DNA of 64,000 nucleotides from Pseudovirgaria hyperparasitica (Eukaryota): NCBI GenBank assembly GCA_010093815.1, contig ML996569.1; one strand, 5' to 3'. Shown piece by piece: positions 49,553 to 60,530 of this stretch (position 1 is its first letter; each line of letters starts with the position of its first letter). The notes under the pieces were generated by a model. It saw only the letters and a program-made list of their open reading frames with translations, ran no database searches and was not told where the DNA came from. The position numbers and the translations under genes were made by a program.

Positions 49553-52500
49553 CTGGCTGGAGTGAGGTTTACCTCAACAAGGAAATCTTCATGTATATAT
49601 CGAGCGCGAGGCTACGGTGCGATTGCAGTATTATCATATCTCTTAGACGGGCAAACGCTCGGAGCCACTTCTCGGGCCATGCCGCATCGGTAACATATTG
49701 CTGGAACTTGCGGTGTGAATGCCTATCGGCCCGACAGTTTTACTTTTCTATTGGCTTATCTGGCTACATGCCACGAAAGTCGCAATGTGACGCACGCAAT
49801 GTCGCGATATCTGATCGAACAAGATGAAAGTCAGACAGTATGTTTGATCAGACCACGCCCTAGAACCTACTCTAATCTGAATCTCTAGTCTATAGTCCTG
49901 TCAGCATCTCTGCAATCAAGAATTGACAGGTGAGCCTGGTCTACGTACTTATAGATGGATCATAATAACGCCGAATGCTCCGTGCCAATCACATCTCATA
50001 TGCATGACACAGACAACAAGGCGTCCAAAACACCTGACAACGGCCTACCCGTGCAGACGGTATCCAGAGTATTACGCCACAACCGATAGGTTGCCTAAGT
50101 GTTGGTTTTAGTCGATGCTTATGACAACTCACCGTCCTGCCTACTCTGGTACTGACTAGACCTAAATCAATGCTAGAGTGTGGTATGATCAAGTGTCTTG
50201 CCAATGACTAATACAGAGCACCTCACTCCTTTCCACAATGGGTAAAGGATCTAAAAGGCCTAAGCTTACACCTTTATAGGAACTATTGACTTTGAGTTGC
50301 TTGTTCTCATAGCCCAACACCAGAGGAACTAATCGGATACGCTTAGTGACCGCCCGCCACCCGTGATGCGAAACATTCTAGAAACAGCAGGTCACCCCAC
50401 ATGAGAACACAGACGTTGTCACCCCTTCTAGAAACTTAGTACTAGTTCTTGGGGACCGAGCCAAACTTGAACCTACTATCTTGGCTTTTCGGCCAATGCT
50501 AGTCTACATCACGAAATACATACGAGACCTTCGTATCGGGATTTATCCTATGCCGAATGTAGCATGTCAGCGTGGTCTAATAGATAGAATGGAAACAACT
50601 AATGATACCCCTGTAGCCTTAGAGTATATTACCCTCTAGAGTACCAGAGAACGAACTGATTAGTAGCGAATGAAAAGCCGTGAAATGTTGTGAAATCAAA
50701 TAATTATGGACGAAAAGCTGTCAGTCCGAGTCGTGGTGACATTCATCATGCTGAATGGACGAGAACAACGAAAGTCACGACCGACATCAGAAGGAGAACG
50801 ACTTGATCATCTCGTGTAACAGTCTCCTTAACTTAATCCTATCTCCTGACTGCTTCCACGACAGCCCAATACATAAAATAAAGCCTGAACGATCTTCAGA
50901 CTCAAGGACTACTGAAGGCTAAAAGAGCGTCTTTTCAAGAGGTATGAGCTGTTGTTAGTAGACAGGGATACCCATTGAGAACTTCTATGACTTCGCCATC
51001 ATAAATTGGCAATGACGTCGATGCGATTTATCGACGAGATGTGTAAGTGGACAGTGTCAGAGATGAAAGGGTGAGTCACTATATAGCGGATTCGAGTACC
51101 CTAAGAGTTATTCTCTAGGGGATGTGGAGGGAGATCCGAGGTAGACCTTCAGCCTCCATGCGCCAATTTTTGCTCTATCCATCATCCTTATCCTTCCACG
51201 TGGACTCTAGCATGGGTCCACAGAAGAGGTTCTCCAGAAACCTTCCAGGAATTTCTATAAATACTCCTTATATGGCGCTACATGGGTGTTTGAGATGCTA
51301 TATTGACATCAAAGTGGACTAATGTCGTAACACTGCAGAGGAGTAGTCTGATGTCATCAAAATCGTTGGAAGAAGGGAATACCGTTGCAGCTACATGCGT
51401 AAATTCATGCCGCCTGTGGATCCATGGTTAGGCTAGCACTTGGAAGGCTGCTTGCTCATCAAGTCATATATCATGGCCAGAAATTCATGAGCCTTGGCTC
51501 TTTTGACATCAAGGGTGCCGATGTATCTGAAGGTCTGCTGATCGCTGTGTTGACCTTCTCGCGAAAGTTGAGACCATTACTGATCTGAACATCTTACTCA
51601 AGTCCAAAAGGGCCAGGAAAAGAGCCCTCCAAGAGTTGCATGATCATGTCTGAAGTCGTACTATCGTAAATACCATCGCCCTTGCCGTCGTCGCCAAAGC
51701 AGACCCAACAGCAAGCCCTAAGAGGTATCTTCTGTGCGTTCATGTTCAGATCTATCGTTCATGCCCTGCGAGAGACAAGGTCAGTCATCTCTATGTCTTT
51801 CTACTGTACAATCACCTGGTCCACCAGAGACGGTCTACAGCTTAATATATCAAAATGGAGCTGCCCTGACGTGATGAAATAGCGGAGTGCTTGGGCGCAT
51901 CATTAGGGCGAGCAACCTTGCCAAACATACGTACTTTTCGTTTACCCAGATTGAGATTCTATGCTTCGTCAGTCACCATGAGCGAATAAAGCTTTCGAGA
52001 TTGCCCGATTAAAATAGCCCACTTAGAGAGCTATATTGTTCCCAGCATGCGAGCTTAAAGCTAAATTTAGAACGCGAGAAGTGGGCGCTCATCTAACGAA
52101 AAGTGGGTATAAGTGGCCCAACAACCAACACATGGAAGTAATCCCGCTGATTAGATTAAGCTTGCAAGGTCTTGGCAGTCTCCGACGGACGTTGAGCTTT
52201 GGTTCTTTAAGCTCGTTACGGGACTTTGTAGACCTCTAGGTATAACTTGTATGATACTGGCCAGGGCGGAGACATTGATTTTTTAGAAGTACAACTTGTC
52301 CTGGTGGATGTGTACAATCTTGCATGCGTATGAGTTATCACCGTCATGTGAGCTACATACCTCTAAAGACAGATAGGTTGTTGCTAGCATTGGTGGAATG
52401 ATAAGGATTCCGTCCGTAGAAGGGACCAATGCACGATATTGGTCTAAGATACAGCGAAAGATCTAAAGCTGATCAAGGACAACCAACTTCATCGGTAATA

Positions 52501-52574
52501 TCATCTATGCCTCATTTAATTGAGCTCGGACGTGTACATGCAAGTGAGCGGGGTAGAAGGATGGAATCTGAAAC

Positions 52575-53057
52575 GTGGTGAGACGCTACCCGTGCCGCCC
52601 CGTGACTTCGCCAATGTCAGTTTTTCGAGGCAATCGCAGAAAAGTGGACAATGTATCGGTTTTTCCAACTTACATTGATTTGAAACCCAATACGGCGGGC
52701 AATCCCTCGCAAGAGCCTTCCAGGACAATGTCTCCTATATCACAGACCACCTCCTCGGATCTCCCCTCCAATCCAACAGACGATGAACCTCCAGCCTCAT
52801 GCAAGCATCTTGGCGTCCCACGAAGCGCTTCATACGAGACCGTACTCCGCGCATGTCTGGCTAAATACGGCATCGAGAAAGATCCAGATAACTATGTACT
52901 GTTCATCATATATGGTGACAAGGAGCATCAGGCTACAGCTGATGAGCGCCCATTGGTTACTTTCGAGGACTTGGAGTCGAAAGGCTATAGGCCGTCATTT
53001 ATGTTGAGACAACACAATGAGAGGAAGTTATCGACAGATAAACATATGGATGGCTAG
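52575..53057 (+). CDS. Orphan Ras-association (Ste50 C-terminal-like) domain ORF, possibly the surviving 3' exon of a decayed gene
   Basis: VLRACLAKYGIEKDPDNYVLFIIYGDKEHQATADERPLVTFEDLESKGYRPSFMLR follows the recalled Ste50 RA pattern (L.AAL.KY.I...Y.L.I.YGD.E.....E.PL..F..L...G..P.FMLR). The true start is uncertain. Confidence 0.6.
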   Translation: MVRRYPCRPVTSPMSVFRGNRRKVDNVSVFPTYIDLKPNTAGNPSQEPSRTMSPISQTTSSDLPSNPTDDEPPASCKHLGVPRSASYETVLRACLAKYGIEKDPDNYVLFIIYGDKEHQATADERPLVTFEDLESKGYRPSFMLRQHNERKLSTDKHMDG

Positions 53058-55250
53058 ATGGCACGGGTCCCGTATCGTTTCACTCTCTACGAATACGTAG
53101 GCTTCGTGTTGTTCCTAGTTCCTACAGCTAGCTCTACAGTTGACTAGCCTTGTAGCGTCAACTATGGCCAAGTTGGAACGACTTAAAATCCCGTGCACTA
53201 TACTTAGATACAGGGATAATCTCGGCGAAATGTTGATTACAGAGGACAGTTTACAAGGTACAACTATCGGCTATATGCTTAATTTGAGATTGTCTTATAT
53301 CTTCCCAGTATTGCGTGGACAGTTACCCTGAGTCCGATAATTAGAGTACCCATCCTGCACCAGGCCATCGGTCAGATCAGAAATATACAGATGTCAACAT
53401 TCTCAGTATATGTCTAGAACATCACCATTGTTGGTATGTCACTGGCGCCACCGCCGAGCTTTCCCAATGAAAGAGTAGCCATATGCAGCCTTGGTCATCC
53501 CAAACGACTCGCAAGCCGCCAGTAACGATCGAACCGAATGATTGAAAGTCATTGGTTTGGTACGCATAAATCACTTATTTACTCATAGAATCTGCCCCAG
53601 AATGTCCAGGATGTGGTAAGATTCTGCCATATCTGTGAATGACAGACAGAAATCGTTGTAACTTCGCTGCATTTTGCAAAAGGAACGTGCGAAGCCAAAC
53701 ATAGTGGTAGTCGTAGGAACTGGCTCCAGGACAGAGAACTGGGGTCATTCACGTACCGCGTACTCTAGTCGATGACAATTGTATTGGTTTTTAAGTCTGG
53801 CTGATTCTTTCATCGAATACAGATCTTCATTCCTTTGAAGACTGACTAGCAACCTCTATGTTATAATCGATAAGCTACCGCATAGTTTACTAGGAGCTCT
53901 GAATTGATTTTGAGCTACTTTAGGAGCCGACGAAATTCCCAACACCTCAATATGTTCTGAACATGTCTCAAGGACGAACAAGAGGTTGAGATGTCTGTCT
54001 TGTGAATGTCTATCTTGTAGATATTGAAGCATGGTACGGCGTTGAACAGGGTATCGAAATATAAATCAGATACCATACTATTAGCGTTAAAGAAGAGATC
54101 AATTCTACCTTCTCGTGGTCGTAGGTCTCTCGAAAGAAGTCATGTAGGCATATCGCAGTGAACTATTAAAATAACCGCTGATTTCAGGATCTCAGCAAAT
54201 GGCTCACACATCATAGATTTCAAACACAAGTATTAGACCCAAGGTTTTAATTTGCCTCCAGGAGATATGCCTAGTATTAGTTTGGCCGCAGACTTTGGGG
54301 ACATACATAGTGAGATCGATGCTATATTCCATGTAATACACTACTTATCCCACCATGACAGAGGGTTTAGTTCAGAGTAGAGTGAAGATCATTTCAATGC
54401 TTGATTTATAATGATGGCTCGATAAAGTGAGATGGACGATTCTTTCCATCAATTCGACTTTGTCTAATCGGCTCTACCTGTTCATCACCCTATGAGGCTG
54501 GTAGTGGTGCAAGGCTAGGGAAAGGCAAGTATGTTAGTATGTCTGAGGAACGCACACAGTCGTATATGACAAGATACTAGGTCATGAGCGTAGCCAGGCC
54601 TCTAATCTCATGCTTAACATCATAAGCCCATGATGTTGAGATAGACGGCACCATTTGTACTACGCACAGTATGTAGTGTTCTCATACCATTCCCTGGCGT
54701 GGATATATGGTCATATTCTGATTCTATACTAGGTAGAATTAGTTTACTACTGATTCACGCCTATAAGTTTAGATCCTAGAAACATGAATTCAGCAAAGGA
54801 TCTAGAGGTTCAAGAACGCTTGGCTGTTAGAAGTGCATCGTATTAGATATAATAGAGCTGCAAAAGTCATCGCAAGCTACCTGGATCACGTCGGTCTTGA
54901 GCATAGGCATTGAAAAGTGCACGCATTTCATGGAGGAACTTAAGCTTCTTTTTCTTCCCCTATTATGAAGCTGTGATGTTTGTCTAAGGGCTCAGTTTAA
55001 AAGTCTCTCGGCGTAGATATCTCCAGCATTGATCATTGGAACGGGCCGAGATATGCACGTATGTTAAGATGTTCTTCATCGTGGAATTTTGATACGAGGT
55101 GGGGTTCTGGGATCTATTTCGTTCACGGTCTAAGCACTAGTAACAAAGATGCAGTCCATAACACTAATTGGAGTTCTATCTCTTTGCTAAATTGAAGAGC
55201 AAAGATCAAAATATGAAATTCAATCTAGTATACTAACGGAATTCCCTACA

Positions 55251-55763
55251 TCAGAGTAGTTCGGGATCAACACGAATGAAATCCCAGCCACTTGGCTCTC
55301 CAGTAGTCTGACCTACACTACGTTCGTCATCCCGCACAGCGATAGGGTTATAAGCAGACATGTACTCCGACATGATTTTGAATCCCCCAGCTTCCAGTGG
55401 AAGGACATTGATCCATTCAAACACGCCATGCTGTCTAGCTGTCGCTATCATAGTTCCATCTATTCCATCGTGTCCGATATAGGTATGAGATGCGGTGTTA
55501 CGAAATCCAAGACGACCTCGATCTTCTACACACTCCCAGAGACAATGTCCTTGTAGACTGTAGCAACTCTCTAGACCGAGGCGACCACCAGTTAGGGTAA
55601 GACATTTGCCCGTGTCGCGATGCATGATGTAGAATTTACCCCCACTGTAAGGACCAGCGCTTGCATAGCCTTGGTCTGCTTCAAGGGTGGCGGGAGATCC
55701 AGGTTCTGGTGATACTCTATCTTCTTGATCGAAGATGCTGTCCTCTGGGGTGTGGAAGGCCAT
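55251..55763 (-). CDS. Small ricin-B/beta-trefoil lectin-like protein, no signal peptide
   Basis: ATG at 55763 (MAFHTPE), intronless. FYIMHRDTGKCLTL...LWECVE..GRLGFRN...YIGHDG...WDF matches a fungal beta-trefoil family pattern. Confidence 0.7.
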   Translation of the reverse strand: MAFHTPEDSIFDQEDRVSPEPGSPATLEADQGYASAGPYSGGKFYIMHRDTGKCLTLTGGRLGLESCYSLQGHCLWECVEDRGRLGFRNTASHTYIGHDGIDGTMIATARQHGVFEWINVLPLEAGGFKIMSEYMSAYNPIAVRDDERSVGQTTGEPSGWDFIRVDPELL

Positions 55764-56849
55764 CTTAATTGTTATATTAGAGTACGCCTCGTTGATATGC
55801 AATCGTAGGTGAGACTAAATTTGTTAGAGCTGTGAGGTTGGTAAATTGTTCGACCTACCACTAAAAGAGTATTGAACTTGGTAGAAGAAGCAAGGTATTA
55901 GGTAAGAGAAGGAATAAGGTAGATAGAGGAAAGAGGAAGGTAAGGCAATTATCGATTATGCTTGTATAACAGGAGTGCGCCATGAATTCACGTGATGTAT
56001 GTTCTAATAGGGAGTTGAAATCACCAGTTTCCGACCTCTGTAGTGAAGCAGAGTTTGCAGTTTACATTACCTACAAACTAGCAGTGTCTACATAACAAAA
56101 CCAACAACACTACTGATAGATACTTTGTAGCTCGCTTACAGCATCTTGGAAACAACAATAAACCAGTTTATTAAAGATATTACGCGTAACCCGAAGCAAT
56201 CTAAACGTAAGAACATGGTCTATTTTAATCGAAATTAGATTCCTGGCTCTACACACTAAATCCTTTACTTCACTCCCTATGTATTAGAGTAATAGTGTTT
56301 CGAAAGACAATCTAGCATAGTGGTAATGAGGCCCCATGACTTGGATCCGCTGAGGGATTACAAATTACGTAGGTTCGAGTTACTAATAACAGGTTGTATG
56401 CTCTCTAACGAGTCTAAAAGCATTATTCTAGCTTCATACTAGCATGGTGAGTGAAGGCTTCCTTGTCTGGCGGAAAGCGGAAATAGCTATAGACTAATTT
56501 ACAGAGTTCCAGAGGGTGTATTATAAGGTGTAGAGCTTCAATATTCTTCTTTCCTGGTGGCCATCTCTCTAATCTAAGTATGTTCTTATAATTATAGCCC
56601 TGCGGGATACGGCCTTCTAAAGTATGTAGGGATATAGCGGATCCAAGCCGTCCCACGACAGAGTGAATGGAATATTAGATGCTTAGGAAATCAAAGAATA
56701 CCCGAGAACACTAGTAGTGTGGCACAGAACACCAATCAAGATCTAGAGTGAAGTATTTGGCATGGCGTTTAGCAATGGTAGAACTTACTATAGCCGAGCT
56801 CGTTAGCGCACATTTACCTAGCTTTGAAAGCATGAAAGTAGAGAAACGG

Positions 56850-57560
56850 CGCTAGGCGGTAGGAGTAACTCTTTTCGATCGAGGGCTAGTATGTTTTATA
56901 TTATAAATAGGTAATAATATAGATCGAGTCTTCTCTTACTATATAAGGCGCATAGCTATTAACTAGCGCTATAGATACTAATTAAAACGGATTTAGTATC
57001 CATAAGAGTAGTATAGAGATATTTCTCGCCGTTTGAAGATTAGATTAAATTGTATAGCTATAGCTATATAGTATTCAAGAATAGTATAAATAGATTAGAA
57101 GGAATTATAAGTAGTTAAAGAACTTATTATAATACTTATAAGAACTTTTTAAGAAGTTCTAGCTACTGTATAGTAAGTGTATTAAAATGGGAAAATCTTT
57201 CCTCCCTAAGGATTAATATTAAAGGACTCTAGAATATTTCGTATGATAGAACTACTAAGTAGAAATTAATAGTAACTAGGAACATTTCTATTCTCTATAC
57301 TATGGGATCTCTATATTGCCATGCCCTGGTTGTAATAATACCTTATCTATCTAAGTAATGTTTTAAAAGTAGTAATGGTAAGGATCTCTATACCTATGGT
57401 AGATAATAGGTAGAATGGAACCTAGTGTTCTATAATAAACAGACTAAGTGTAGTTCTAGTAGGGCTAACTTCTTTCTGCATGAAGAGATATAGACTGGCA
57501 GTTAGCTATATATACTAGAGAACGCACTATGATCTACTAAACGCATCATATACTAATAAG
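56850..57560. repeat. AT-rich, TpA-enriched block consistent with a RIP-degraded repeat or gene relic
   Basis: Dense tata/ctag/atag/taa words, visibly few CpA/TpG, and no ORF of 60 aa or more in any frame. Confidence 0.6.
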
Positions 57561-57908
57561 CTGAGTACAACGGTCTATATCTGTGAGTCCCATAACGGTC
57601 ACATACACAGGAAGACTAAGCTATGTAACGGTAAATTCTCAGCACGATTCTCGGATCGATGTAAGCAAGATTTAGGCTGGGAAGCTAGGAAGTGTACCTT
57701 TAGTTCCAGTTCGCGCGATGAACTCATTTCCAGTCGGTTTATAGGGTATTTTGAGAGTCTTAATAATCGAATCTAAACGAGAGGAAGTTTTCATACAAGA
57801 ACGCAGCTCGCTGTATGAATTTAGCTTTATCAATTTGGTCAACCATTTAGGCCTAGCGGCATCATGGTTGAGCATGAAGATATGCCACACTGCATATTTG
57901 GCGGATCC

Positions 57909-58429
57909 ATCCGTCGTTTTCCTAGAACCTGACGAGCTTGGCATTTTCCATCTCACGCGTGTGTTCTCACCCCAAATCTTCGATGGTTATTTTACCTCTC
58001 TACCTCTATATAGAGGTTTATATATTATAATATCTATATAGACTTATAGAGTAGAGTAAGACGATAATTCCTATATAACTTTTAAGCTCTAAACTCTTTA
58101 ATTTAGTCTATAATAAGAGGGTTTAATTTCTTAGAGAAGAGGAAGAGGGTAGTTTTCCTAGAACCTGACGCGGTTTTCGCACGGGCCCTCTTCTAAGAAC
58201 TTCTAAGAATATTTAAAGATTCTTCTCTATCTCTTTAAAGAGGCCTTATAAAGATAAAATAAGCTTATAGCTAGATAGAGATCTACCTAATTATCTATTA
58301 TATCTACTTTTAATACTCTTATAGACTTATAGATAAGCGTAAAAGTAGAAAAGGCTTATTATAGGAAGATTAGGGGGAGAACACGCGTGTACCAGTCCTA
58401 GCTCGTCAGGTTCTAGGAAAACGACGGAT
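57909..58429. mobile_element. Non-autonomous TIR element (MITE-like, ~520 bp) with RIP-like interior
   Basis: Perfect 30-bp inverted repeat ATCCGTCGTTTTCCTAGAACCTGACGAGCT at 57909-57938 and 58400-58429. Imperfect subterminal inverted repeat (cacgcgtg...ttctc...atcttc). An internal partial TIR copy at 58152-58170. AT-rich non-coding interior. Confidence 0.85.
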
Positions 58430-59856
58430 TACCCACTCATGCCTTCGCTAACCTCGCCCGCCTCATTTTCGCCGTTACCTGGCCCGGCCCCATCATCAGA
58501 GAAGCCCCGACCATGATTTTCTTCTGCTAGGGATACAAGCTCGATCGGTAGTTCACGAGCGCTTGCTGTAAGCTCGCTGTTCTCAGCATCCCCAGCCTTT
58601 TTCCGTGCCTGCTTGCCTCCTCCCGTAAGATCTTCCAATGCGTCGCCGAGATCGGCATGCAAGATGTCATCTAGAGCGTTCTCTGCATTGTCCAGCAGAC
58701 CGCCCTTCTTCGGAGCTCCACCAAGCTTTGGTAGTCCTGAGGATGATCCACCCAGTCCTCCAGCACCACTGGGAAGAAAGCCTGGTGCGATGTACTTCTT
58801 CGACTTGCCCGCAGACGCGACTAATGTTGCCAAGAGAGCAGAGCTTAAATCCAGGACATTGCTTGTTTTGAAAGAGTCAGGATTGTCAAGAAGTTGGAGG
58901 CCCATGCCGAAAGCTACGGACAAGATTGCGCCGGCTCCAGGAACAAAACCAAGTCCAAGGGTGACAACCTGCTTTACGATGTCTAAGATGAAAGAAGAGT
59001 ACTTGTACGGTCGCCAACCGACTTCCACACCAAAAGTTGCACTCATCACCTGCGCTAAGTCGATCTGGCGGCAGAATGAATTGGATGGCATGTGATTCAG
59101 GGAGTTACTGTCACATTTCCATTTCAGACCCGCCCAGGCTTGTAAAACCATCTCATCGCCCTTGGTCTTAGATCTGTAGACTCCATAGCTTGGATTGCGC
59201 AGCTTTCGAGGAATGACTAGATACGTGATGATATCAGGGACCTTGAAGAGCCAACAAAGACCACGGTTGAGGCCGAGCCCGAGCTCTCGAGTGCATTCAT
59301 GCGTACGAAGCTCGCCGACTGTGTTATAAGATTCGATCTTGGTTCGCGCTTTGAAGTCAATCACCACGTACGTACAGTAGTTGGGATAAGCTTCGTCAGT
59401 TTTCTGACATACGGGGAAATAGATTGCTCGGATTGGAATGGTTGCATCGATCCATAGCCACTGCGTTTTCGGGTCTTTGATTCTGACCGGACGAAGGATG
59501 TACTTCCTCGGGCCACCATTGTCTCGGTCACGCATCTCGTTCCAGTTCAGGCTGTTCGGATAGGTGGTGATTGCAAGCATCTTCGAGGGATCAGTGTCCT
59601 TGGTCTCACCTACCCAGAATCTGTCCCAGTTGCCAAATTGTGTATCATATTGACTGCCATATCCAGTTTTGAGATCAGATCGTGGATGGCCATAGTCATC
59701 GTTGTTGGCAACGACCCATCCATTCCACTGATACTCGATAAGAACGTGACTGTAGAAATCCTTAGGGTCTTCTGCAGAGAACGGAGCAAAATCATCGTTG
59801 TATTTCAGCGTCGATCGGAGAAAGAAGCATTCACCCTCGGGGTAGTAAGAAGCCAT
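58429..59856 (-). CDS. Hypothetical 475-aa intronless protein with a Gly-rich hydrophobic hairpin
   Basis: Long intact ORF in an otherwise ORF-poor zone; no signal peptide; segment VVTLGLGFVPGAGAILSVAFGMGLQLL; low-complexity acidic/Gly tail. Confidence 0.75.
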   Translation of the reverse strand: MASYYPEGECFFLRSTLKYNDDFAPFSAEDPKDFYSHVLIEYQWNGWVVANNDDYGHPRSDLKTGYGSQYDTQFGNWDRFWVGETKDTDPSKMLAITTYPNSLNWNEMRDRDNGGPRKYILRPVRIKDPKTQWLWIDATIPIRAIYFPVCQKTDEAYPNYCTYVVIDFKARTKIESYNTVGELRTHECTRELGLGLNRGLCWLFKVPDIITYLVIPRKLRNPSYGVYRSKTKGDEMVLQAWAGLKWKCDSNSLNHMPSNSFCRQIDLAQVMSATFGVEVGWRPYKYSSFILDIVKQVVTLGLGFVPGAGAILSVAFGMGLQLLDNPDSFKTSNVLDLSSALLATLVASAGKSKKYIAPGFLPSGAGGLGGSSSGLPKLGGAPKKGGLLDNAENALDDILHADLGDALEDLTGGGKQARKKAGDAENSELTASARELPIELVSLAEENHGRGFSDDGAGPGNGENEAGEVSEGMSG

Positions 59857-60530
59857 TCTAGTGCGAGTCTGGCTCGTGATAGTTGAGCCTGAGATGATTC
59901 GTCTAGGTACTTCGATGATAATAAAGCTGACACGCGAGCATAAGGATGTGAGGGTTGAGTGTTGGTTCTGGTGTTCTCAAAGAAGAATTTATATCATCTT
60001 TTCATTCATCAAGGTACTATATCCTGGTAACAGCATACATGAGTCGTACTCCGACACTTAGAACAGATAATATTTTGTGAGCTCGCAAAGTGTGATTATT
60101 GGTCTTGACTCCGAGACTAGTGAGCAAGACAAGAAGCTCAAAATGCTCACATCTGCATTAGCAGAAGTAAGCCAAGCGCTACTTTTCGTGGGGGTATGTT
60201 CATTAAGCACAACACAAGTGAATGGACTAGGCGCCATACTCCGAAGGGAGTGTGGCATTCTTACGCTATTGGGTAATTAACGGAAGGTCGGAACAAGTAC
60301 GGGTCGAACCCTAGATCTCGTTCCGGATTATCGGGATGTGCGTGTCGTCGAGAGTGGGGCTATAGTAGCAGATCCTGAGATCGATGAAAAATTATGCCCT
60401 AAATATCGGAGATCGTGATGCACAAATGGACCAAGGTGACAGCAGAGGGTATCAGGACGACCCGAACGTATTGATGTATTGCTCAATGACCGGACCCCAC
60501 ACTTACTTACATGGATAGAACATGCAGTCA

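Noticed and set aside
56306..56390. tRNA-like A box (TAGCATAGTGG, 56313-56323) and B-box-like GGTTCGAG (56372-56379)
   Set aside because: The T stem and acceptor stem do not pair, so there is no cloverleaf. At most a decayed tRNA or SINE head; not supportable without tRNAscan-SE or other copies.
57672..58041. ORFs overlapping the left end of the TIR element as a possible transposase or a continuation of the 475-aa gene
   Set aside because: No DDE or HTH motifs, and removing the element in silico leaves the TAA stop intact.
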